DNA of 64,000 nucleotides from Strigamia acuminata (Eukaryota): NCBI GenBank assembly GCA_949358305.1, contig OX442314.1, positions 1,860,001 to 1,924,000 of the forward strand, read 5' to 3'. Shown piece by piece: positions 49,901 to 58,800 of this stretch (position 1 is its first letter; each line of letters starts with the position of its first letter). The notes under the pieces were generated by a model. It saw only the letters and a program-made list of their open reading frames with translations, ran no database searches and was not told where the DNA came from. The position numbers and the translations under genes were made by a program.

Positions 49901-50264
49901 TCGCCCTGACCATTGCCAATAACTCTTCTTTTGACCATTTATCATACGGCTTACTGTCTTTGGACTTCACACTACTCGCTCGTGAATGTGTTGGAGTCAC
50001 GTTATCTTCTTGCCGAAATTCAGTGGTTTTGGTAGGTGTCAGCGCAACATCTTTTTGAGTTTCTCCCGTCTGCATATCTTGCGTTAGTAAATGTGGCGAC
50101 TGTTGTCCGGCCTCTGCGTGTCCATGTTCAGACTCAGTGGACGGTGTACGAGAGGGCATCAAAAAATATTCAGCGCCGTCCGCACCTGTCGCTCCTCCTC
50201 GCGTCTTTGCACGACGTGAAGTACTCGCACCTCGTTGGCGTGTTCTGTCCTTCTTTGGTGGCAT
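46986..50264 (-). CDS. gag: Gypsy Gag (1092 aa; coiled coil, RS-rich region, capsid-like domain, CCHC knuckle)
   Basis: LTGGAADWF...W..F..GFIKEY capsid-like segment; CHNCGQIGHWARQC zinc knuckle. Confidence 0.9.
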   Translation of the reverse strand: MPPKKDRTRQRGASTSRRAKTRGGATGADGAEYFLMPSRTPSTESEHGHAEAGQQSPHLLTQDMQTGETQKDVALTPTKTTEFRQEDNVTPTHSRASSVKSKDSKPYDKWSKEELLAMVRATRKRVKELESRRATPTSSRSISTSGTTSPTRELLREVRFRMQQLFNETQDAVDDTARRYEEGVPLTQAGATAAVEDAERRTKEFHNLRLQEDQLIKQYHMEDRHARKHRKDRENLKLALDKQLKVVQDQMAVEKARLADAQNEITKQMDIGKTRLADVQREMTRQVLLDKKRMEEDDLRHKEAMQKMDENLLEERKEIEVERVRVETERKRVQAERAKLETAVQDENDYLRRATLEAQEEAERAKQALLEIKYLAQLQYSQSQQEVPTEFMIEDSSAPIKRGKVSGIIPPDDKKSTASPTRNKNLLNVIDQRNQKYNTPGKDKCNPGDPSRQGTDYKSDYPENLSKELLKDQLDANREGNVNLDNTSGGRGITFTAQSAENRGKRKYSPKHGAGRGAQFHEESDYSPEREREPRKHIRTGQPFERGRNEENSRQNYDQSRSEWGSYRENEQNYQGRNSRQQHDQGRDRGPPPGGSYRDRQDRNHSSHDRSRSRDRSRGSRGSHSRSRSRQGGSMQDDDQEAQLGREWLEKFISDKIQEGLTGKSARQKAMEAALQKKIRKYCAVNWVHRIVRASEIKWDRINPDLFDGSWLAGTQFLDEILRLARSHGADPQDALERIIPKALTGGAADWFCESRFTNWDKFAAGFIKEYGESGETLMKYWDDLHQMPGEDIREFLKRTEELVKRLPDHQSDSTVDRQFRKGLTEYSKSVLLTTHVPVESSFKKLAEFLRDNQELIDETFLKYLPFMEQEARKDFLQQQLEFTRANSKMMQPRSRFQANQKETKVITARGSGASPHPPPRVPMTPSAKWVHDVDDDGEPTGHTLYQMNLPTRQDVDDLIEAAQAFFTKSNATAPKYQPPTQPKSVPDTITPTKKAARVDIRKTPQEMVTSMPPEPAKPTEEDKQPVKVDTGKAEEMPEATPRVKLTPETSPCHNCGQIGHWARQCTQPPKPVSKEEMRKAIRTLTECLKNM

Positions 50265-50358
50265 TGTTAGTCAAGAAAATGACAGAGAAGAAAGAAACAG
50301 ACTTTTAATGCTAAAATAATAAAAGATGGAGGTCCCTCAGTTAATTCAAAACTTTTTA

Positions 50359-50384
50359 GGGTTCAAATCCCGGCCAGGCCCCCA
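50359..50384 (-). promoter_or_regulatory. Primer-binding site, tRNA-Pro-like
   Basis: Plus strand GGGTTCAAATCCCGGCCAGGCCCCCA resembles the 3' end of tRNA-Pro (T loop to CCA), 2 nt from the 5' LTR. Confidence 0.75.
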
Positions 50385-50386
50385 AG

Positions 50387-51823
50387 TGTTGTGATCTCAA
50401 ATGTCACCTTTGCAACTGAGATACAACGGGTTGCCACGACGGGTCTTATCAAAACTATTCCCTATTCTAAATATTAAATGAGGAGAAATATTAATGATTA
50501 ATTAATATTCCTTCTCAGGCTAAGACTTCTTAATAAGATCTGACTTATTAATAAAATACACTTTACTTGCTTGAAATGACTATTTGTTATTTATTCGGGG
50601 AAAATTGGGTTAATTATACAAATAATGCGTAATTTAAACAATACTACTTTAAATAATACGAATTGTTAGTAAATGGAAACAATAAAACTTCTCCCGCGAC
50701 GTGGCTGGCTTGCAACGTCGTGGTTTCGTTACCTCTTCTTGATTGTTGCAGATGGCAACAACGCAACTTGCAAATGGCGAGAATAGTGCCGGGATATCCG
50801 GAAAGGACGTGCTTTCGCACTTTTCAACACTACTCACGCTTCTGCAAACTCTCCTCCTCGGCGGCTGGCTGTTCAGGTAATTTCTCGGGCCTGAGAAATT
50901 CCGTGGCGGCTGGTCGTCGTGGTTCGTCTCGGGCGGCGTCTCGCAATTCGGGTCCCGTGGTGGTTCCGTAGTCGCGGCGATGTCGTCCGTCTCTCGTGCG
51001 TCTCACACAGTGAATCTCGTACAAGTACTTGATTCCTTCTTGATTAAACGCTCAAGGTGGCGCCCGCTTGTTAAAGTCCAAGGCTAAGACTCCCTTGCTC
51101 TGAGTGCAAAGATAAACTCCCAAATTGTTACACACAATTTGGCTTCAAAACTCCACTGAAATCTCAGCTCAAACTGGCTGTTTGAGCAAGATAAATCTAG
51201 CCACAGAATCCCTAATGGCAAGACAAATATCTAGCTAACGAATCCCAATTAGCAAGATGAACCCTAGCTGCTTTACCCTATCAGCAAGGTGAATCCAAGA
51301 ACTTTGGCAAAATATCACAAATCAAATAATTACTGTGTTTGTGAACTGGAGCAATACTTGACATGTTGTGACTGTTTGGAAAGGAGACTTGAACTGAAGT
51401 TGTGAGAGCAATTTTTCCCAGAACTCCTAGGTGAATTGCACCACAACTCCTTATACGAATTTAGATTGCGCCATAACCCTTTATCCGGGAGCAGGATGCA
51501 CATCCTGTGCACCATCCAGGGCTGGTTGCTGTGGTGATTTTGCATCACCTGTTCTCCTTGCTCAATGTGGTGCAATATTAAGTATGATTGAGAGAATAAA
51601 GAAATTAGTCTTTTTTATATAAGAAATAAAACATCAAAATATTTATTCTTTTAGATACAGCATAAGGATATTTGGAAAAACGTGATGATTGCTCTGGAAT
51701 TCTCAATTTTCTCTGTCCAATAAATATTAAAACACTTGGAAAAACACGATAAAGCACACAAATTATGATAAGAATATTAAATTGTTCTTTTCAAATCACT
51801 CAGTGACCATCATGGCCACTGCA
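50387..51823 (-). repeat. 5' LTR
   Basis: No difference from 37638-39074 found by eye; the ORF track shows identical ORFs in both copies. Confidence 0.95.
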
Positions 51824-52427
51824 GTATATGCACATGCGCATAGCCAATGAGGAAAGGGCCAAAGTGTGCAAACCTCGGGCTCCAGCATAAAAATAAAAAT
51901 GTTTGCAATATTAAAATAAACAATGGAAACATATGTTAAATAAAACAAAACTGATTAGTAACTTTGTGTTTTAAAATTGAATCGTTTACTTCCGTGGCTC
52001 TGTGTTTCACGGAGTCCGAGCTGTTTGGTTTTTATTTCCTACTGGAAAGAAACATGGCGGCGCATCTCGTTCTTGTTGGTTGCGCATCATCCACGAGCAC
52101 GGCTGCAACAACATGCTAACACTTCTGCCATGTGTGTCGCGAGCCCATAGCCACTAACGGAAGGTGAGACTTGATTCAAGGTGAAATAGTGAGTCCAAAT
52201 ATCAATTGCATTTCAACGTGTCCCCTGGTCAGTCGAGGGAAGGGACAACCACTATCTTGAATAGCAATTTTTTTTCCTATTGATTTTTTTCTGCAAATTT
52301 ATGACTTTGTTTATGTGATAATAAACTATATATCAAGTGAAATTTATAGTGATTCATCATTTATTTAATTAGATATTCTACTTGGAAATTTTCTATACTC
52401 CTTATAACTCCAGCTTCACTTGTTTAA

Positions 52428-53025
52428 CCCTCAGATGGGCAACCCTATATCTATTTGGGTGCAACACTCTTCTTGAATAGGAAAACTTTTTTTTGGTTTA
52501 ATATAATTTTCTGAAAATTTCTGACTTTGTTCACACAACAATAAGGTTTGTCTGAAAAAAATTTTGGAGTGTTCTGTACGTTATTTATTTATTTATTCAC
52601 CTTTAAAAATTCTGCCCCTTAGAAATCCTAGCTTAAATTTAAGTTGGCTTCTCCCAATCATATAAAAGCGCTTCTACGTAATGCTTCCCATTTTTACCAG
52701 CAGACACCCTATGGCGCTAGTAGTCCAACACAAGTGATTACGCGTTTCGATTATGTTTCCATTTCGTTCCAATTTTGTTCCAATTCCGTTTCAATTCCGT
52801 TCAAAATTCGTTTTCACTACTATGTATATAAACAGAACAAAACAATTGATATTTTTAACCAAACTGAAGCATGGGGACACCAAAAACAGTAGCGCCAAGT
52901 GCGACAATTTTTCGCACTACCCTAAAGCGCTTCAGCTACTGGCCGTTTTTATTTAATTATTTTGCACCCAAATAGGTACATGGTGGGCACCAAAGCGTCG
53001 TCTTTGGAGATTGTCCATCTGAGGG
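52428..53025. mobile_element. piggyBac-type non-autonomous element (598 bp)
   Basis: TTAA|CCCTCAGATGGGCAA ... TTGTCCATCTGAGGG|TTAA; subterminal IR atttgggtgcaa / ttgcacccaaat. Confidence 0.85.
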
Positions 53026-53032
53026 TTAAGAT

Positions 53033-53486
53033 TGTTGTGATTCCGGATCACAAGAAGTGATTGATTATGTTTACTAAGTTATTAGTAACCCTATTGACCG
53101 CTAGGAGTAAGCCGGAGGACAAGATTGGCTAGTCCCCCGTTTCTGCGAAACTGCCTAATCAGGCAGAATTTGCAAATGTCATCATTTCCGGTGGTTATAT
53201 AAACCAGTGTTTGACCAGAAACGACACTTACAGTTACAGTTTACCTTTCGGCAACGTCATCATTTTCCTCACCTTTCAGGCCGTTTTACCGGATTGATCG
53301 AGGACCAATGTTAGCTGATTTACAACTGTACAACCAAGACAAATCGTTTGACGAAGTAAATCTACGTTCCGAGACCACATTATTAATCAAGTGTATTATT
53401 TATCGTAAGTTAGAAATAAAGTATTATTCCATTATTCATGTTGTCCCGATCTATTGTATTATTCTCCACTAAGTCGAATCGCGACA
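53033..53486 (+). mobile_element. Solo LTR (454 bp)
   Basis: TGTTGTGATT...AATCGCGACA termini, 4-bp TSD AGAT on both sides, internal TATATAAA and AATAAA; the duplication homology resumes right after it. Confidence 0.8.
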
Positions 53487-54237
53487 AGATAAGAGCGCTT
53501 CAACTAAAAGCTTCAAACTCTCACCAGCGGGCGCTGGCTGTCGGCTGGTCAAAACAAAGTGTTTGCGCGTGCGAGTTGGTAATTTGTGGCGCAAAATTCA
53601 AATGCAAGAAAACTTGTTGAGAACGCTCAACGTCGAGGCCTCCGTCTGCAAACTCGACTGCAGCGAGCTCTACGCGTAATACATGGCGCAAACGGAATTA
53701 TTTTTTGTAAGAAAGTGCGCTTTAGGTGCTTCTGGTGTAATGTGCTACGGAGCCCTGCGAGGAACATACAGCAATGCTTTGTAACTTTTTTTGTGAGATG
53801 AGAATTGTTGATTATCCATCCATGGGAAAATAAAAATGTTTTCAACGAAAAAAATTGTGCAATGTTTATAACAAAGAAGTGGAGTGAAAAAGATGTACAA
53901 AAATATGACACGTTCTGCCGACAAAATTTAACAATACTTGTGAGGCGGGCTTTTTGAAATGAAAAATTTTCAAAATACATTTACAAAGTATTTTAATTTG
54001 TTATTTTCCCTTGTTAGGAAAAAAGAAGCTAACACCTCGAAATACATCGATTTGAGAAAACTTACATTGACGAAACCAATCACAGCACGCTTTGAAAATA
54101 ATACCAGGCTGAAGTTGGCACTACATTCACATTCGCCCAAACTACAGATAGAACAAATCCCAATTTTATTTACCACAGATTTCAATGGTTTTTACACCAT
54201 TAAAATGTAGACCTAAACTGTAAAAACGACGACACAA

Positions 54238-54926
54238 TTACATGGTAGTTCTTTGACTCGCGTACATCGCTTCGATAAAAGCGCTGTCGAAATCAGCCAC
54301 GCACCAACCGGTGAAAGAACTCGTGTTGTCCACCGCCAGATTCAGTATTTCGTCTTTTAAACGCAGATATTCCTTGTAACTTTCCAAAGCAACAATAAAT
54401 AATCCAAATAATTCAAATTAGCCATCGATAAAAGCACCTAACAAATCAATTGATTTTACTCGAAAAACATCCGTCGGGTAACCCATTTCTTCCAGCTTAT
54501 CAAATATGGGAATCTCGGCTAAAGACTGGTAGAAGAATAACTGCAATTTGTCAAACTTATCACCAAGATATTCTAAAATAAATTAAATTAAATTTTACCA
54601 AATAAAAACTTGACTTGATCGAATAACTTCTCCACGTGCCGATGAGTGACCAAATTCGGGTCACTTTCGGTGTACTCGTACCAGTACTCCAGATAACACC
54701 ACAACCAACGAATTTGGAAATTCCTTTTCGGGTAATCCTCGAAACTCAATGGATTTTCTCCTATTGAAAAACAATTGAAAACATTAAATAGAAATTAAAT
54801 TTGTCGATCAACCGATCAATTTGCAAATTACCAACAAATTTCCAACATTGGAAAGCGATATCTTGCGCTTGGAAACTGAATCCGGCATCTTGGAAACCAA
54901 CAAATATAATTTCACCTAAACTTTTG
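54238..54926 (-). pseudogene. Divergent choline/ethanolamine-kinase-like 3' exons, probably degenerate
   Basis: Exons EIIFVGFQDAGFSFQAQDIAFQCWKFVG and ENPLSFEDYPKRNFQIRWLWCYLEYW..VEKLFDQV resemble the ETNK C-lobe; later junctions do not join cleanly. Confidence 0.5.
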
Positions 54927-55687
54927 AGTCATTCAAAATTAGAAAACGTTGCCGAATTGCGTCTAATGCACCAATTTACCCGTCTCTTTGTTCCGTATGA
55001 TGTTTTTCAGTCTCAGGTAGTTGTGGCAAAGAACTATGGGCTGTGGTGTGGCCACCATTGTTGCTCGATTATCTGGTTACTTGGTTACCTGGCGATCTTG
55101 TCTGCATCAAAGAAACTGGATAAGGTAAGGTTCGGGGTAAGGTTCAAGGGTAGTCCCCCCTTGTTAGATAAAAAAACACACAATTCTTATCAAAAGTGTA
55201 GGAAATTAAGTTCCTGGATACAGGCTCTATGTCATCTAGGAGAGCTTGAAAAGAGTCAATGCCTCTGTCTCTCTTGTTTTTGAACCAGAGGTATTCAGAT
55301 AGGTGGTCAGCAAGGTTTCCCAGGAGAAAAAGGTTCTGCAGAATTCTGCATGCTGTGCAGAAAAATTTTCTTCAGAAAATCTTACCAAATTCTGCAGAAT
55401 TCTTCAGAAAAATGTTAACCTTTTCTGCAGAATATTTTCTGCAGAAAGCATTTTATGCAGAAAAAAGTACCAAATTCTGCAGAATTCTGCAGAATTCTGG
55501 AAAAAAGAATAGATGTACATACTTATACATTTACAAACTCAAATTTTTTTTCACCATATAAAGCCATTTAGTTTCTTTTACAACCCATATTCCACAATTA
55601 GTTTTCATTGTTATTAGCACAAATTGCATGTTTTATTGACACTTTTATTTATCTTTATTTAAATTTTTTATTTTTTTTTTCTTACCA

Positions 55688-55760
55688 TGACTTCTGCCGG
55701 AATTGAACCCGGGATCCATTGTTCTAAAGACCAGAGCTCTATCCACTCGGCTTGTGTAGC
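55688..55760 (-). other. tRNA-derived (SINE-head-like) sequence with A and B boxes
   Basis: Minus strand ..AGCCGAGTGG..GGTTCAATTCC..; no acceptor stem. Confidence 0.5.
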
Positions 55761-55852
55761 TTATACTATTTGAATGCATAACTTCTTTTATATAGTTACT
55801 TTTTCCGAAATGGTTTTAAATTTTCAAATAGTCTAAGCTTTAAATAAAAAGT

Positions 55853-58800
55853 TGTTGTGTTCCAGCGCAACTAATTAACTGTAAATTGATCAATCTATTG
55901 TAATAATTGACTCTGAGTTTGTAATAAGTAATTCTAAATTGTACACGCGGAATTGTTAAGGTTGCTCTGGGCAACGGTTGGAATAAAAGGACAGAACATG
56001 TTCGGTTTTGATTGAATTCAGACGTTTCGTTTCTGCCTTATGAAAAGGCATAAAGTTTGTTAGTGTTAGACAGTAAATTCTAAAGCAGAAACACTAAATT
56101 GGCGCAGTCGACTTGTTGTCGAGCCGAGAAGAAGGGAACACGACTATACAAGTATGTCGCATGAATTTCAAAGTGAAATTTCGAGTCTTATCTTGTGTAA
56201 AGATTAAGAAGACATCGTTTTGTCATCGAACGTCCAACGTTCGTTTTTTTTTGCCGGAGATCGGTTGTGCTGTGTTGAGGGAACGTTTTCCCATCGTCGA
56301 ACGTCGTGCGTTCGTTTTTGTCTTTTCCTTTTTCGTTAGAAATTGGACTGTTGGTTTTGCCGGGATCGTGGAACGTTTAATATCGCGTGAAGCGGGACTA
56401 TTTGGTTGTGCTGCACTGGACATTTGCGGTTGGTCTGCAATTCGTCGTGTTGGCGTGTCGGCTTAGAGGGTTTCTTCGCACGACGCCTGATGAGCGCAAC
56501 AGTTTGTCGTGTGTTATTTTGTACTTTTTATTTTTATTTTTTTTTCATTTTTCCCGAGAAGGGAAATTTTGACTTTGGTGTAAGCAGTCGTCTTCGACCA
56601 TCAGAGTTCGAATCAAAGATGGCCGCACCCAAAATGATTCTTGGACATCCTGGGCCTTTTGAGGGCAAGTACGCGGCCGACTGGGACCGTTATTTGGAGC
56701 GGGTGGCAGAATTCCGTGCGCTCAACGACATTCCTGATTTAAAGCAGAAGTCCTTGCTTTTGTCACTTATTGGTGCTAAAGCGTATGCTGAGCTTCAGAA
56801 AGCTGCTCATCCGGAGAAGTTGGCCACTAAAGATTACCAACAGGTTGTGGACTTGATGAGATTGCATCTGTTGCTCAGCCACATGTCTGCAGGCAGAGGC
56901 TGGGCCTACGTATGCGCAAGAAGGAAGAGTCAGTGGAGGATTACCTGACAGTGTTGAAGGGCTTGGCCCAACCGTGTGGGTTCACCACACCTGAGGAGAC
57001 CGACACCGGCGTGCTCGACGCATTCCTCCGCGGCATTAACGACTCCGGGATGCGTAAGTACATTATGTTGTACGAGAATTTAACATTAAAACAAGCAGCA
57101 AAGCTTGCCACCTCGTACGAGTCGGCGATGGCGACGCCGTCGGCCGCAGTGGACCCCGAAATCACTGCTGCAGTGCCACAGCATTTGATGGAAGCTTCAA
57201 TTAATCAGTTTAGGCAAGCCCGCTCGGGCAGACGTGGAGGAGCCCTGGGAGCGGGCACATCAAGTGCGGGTGCTGCGAGTGGCGTTTCTTTTGGTGTCCA
57301 GGGAGGCCAAAACGTTCGCGGGGGGCGTGGTGGTTTTTCCGGCAGGTGGCAACGAGGAGGAGGACGTGGAGGTGCGCGCGGCGCCGGTGGTGTCGCTTGT
57401 TGGCACTGCGGCGGCCCGCATTTCCGTCACCAGTGCCCTGAGTGGACCAGCAAGAACGCTGGCGGAGTGAACAATGCAGCGCAGGGCAGTGACACTAGTG
57501 CAAAGCCAGAGTTCAAGCAGAAGACTGCGCCGGTCAACACGATGGGCTGGCAAGATGAGGAGGATGATGGCATTCCTCCGGACTCATGGGATATTTTTGG
57601 CATTGAGGAAGGTAGTGAAAGGTATCCCCCGGTTTGGTTGAAGTTGAATGTGTGTGGCCATGTGTGGCGATTTCAGGTGGACTCCGGTGCTGAGCGGTCA
57701 TTGATAACTTGGACCCAATTTACATCGCTCACAGGGGTTGATAGTTGCTTTCCCGCGCTGCGCAGAATTGAATTAAATCTTAGAACATATACAGGTGCAC
57801 CAATAACTGTGTTTGGTCAAGTGGCCCTGCCGGTCACCTATTTGGATAGGTCTGAGACGGTGGATTTGCTGGTGGTCAGCGGATCTGGCCCTAACCTTTT
57901 GGGAAGGGACCTTATGCAGCGTCTTGGGATGAGGATCGAGCAGGACCCGAGCGTGGCGCAGGCGAGTGACCTGCCACCTTTGGAGGTTCACCTATCGTCC
58001 GATGCTTCCGCGCAGGAGCAGTTGGCTACCCTTTTAGACAAGTATGCAAAGGTTTTCGAGGTTGGTTTGGGCGCATTCAATGGGCCCCCTATTGATTTAA
58101 AGATGAGGGAAAACATGGCCCCCAGGTTTTTTAGGCCCCGACCGGTACCGATTCCACTGCGCCCTCTCGTAGAGGCTGAGATTGACCGCCTTGTGGTGGA
58201 GGGCATTTTCACGCCCATCACATTCTCTGAATGGGCGACGCCTCTCGTGGTCGTGCGGAAAAAGGATGGCGGCGTTTGCCTTTGCGGCGACTACAGGTCG
58301 ACCATCAACGCCGCCATCCAACCCGACCCCTACCCATTATCCGCCATTGCTGACATCTTCGCTCAGGTGGGGGACGCAAAATTTTTTTCCAAACTCGATT
58401 ATCGGCATGCGTACCTCCAACTGCCTCTGACCCCTAATTCGGCAAAAATTGCGGCGGTTAACACCATTAAGGGTTTAATGGCGGTTAACCGCCTACCATT
58501 CGGGACTATTTCGAGTAGTGGGATATTTCAGAGGTGCGCCGAGCGAGTGATGGTGGGTATAAGCAAGATATACATTTACCAAGACGATATCTTGGTGGCG
58601 ACCGCGACCATTGTCGACCATTTTGTCATCTTAACTCAGGTGCTTCATAGATTGTTGAAAAAGGGTTTGCGCTTGTGCAAAGGCAAATGTGTTTTTTGTG
58701 TAACTTCTGTGGAGTTTTTGGGTTTTAGGTTAGCGAACGGTGGGGTGTCCCCCCTACCGGAGAGAGTGAGGGCAATCACACTCATTCCACCCCCGACTAG

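Larger units (their letters stand above)
37638..51823 (-). mobile_element. Full-length Ty3/gypsy LTR retrotransposon, 14,186 bp
   Basis: Two 1437-bp TG..CA LTRs, 4-bp TSD GTAT (37634-37637 and 51824-51827), PBS, PPT, and open gag, pol and ORF3. Confidence 0.97.
37416..51843 (+). pseudogene. CS-alpha-beta peptide gene copy 2, interrupted by the gypsy element
   Basis: Exon 1 37416-37464, GT-AG intron 37465-37531, exon 2 37532-37637 + 51828-51843; removing the element and one TSD restores MKYLAIIFFLVILSCMAMTAIEG-CKAEACKKSCASKGKVGTCPEEDEYGDSICTCA*. Confidence 0.85.

Noticed and set aside
55688..55760. Functional tRNA gene
   Set aside because: A and B boxes are present but no acceptor stem forms, and it lies inside a TIR element.
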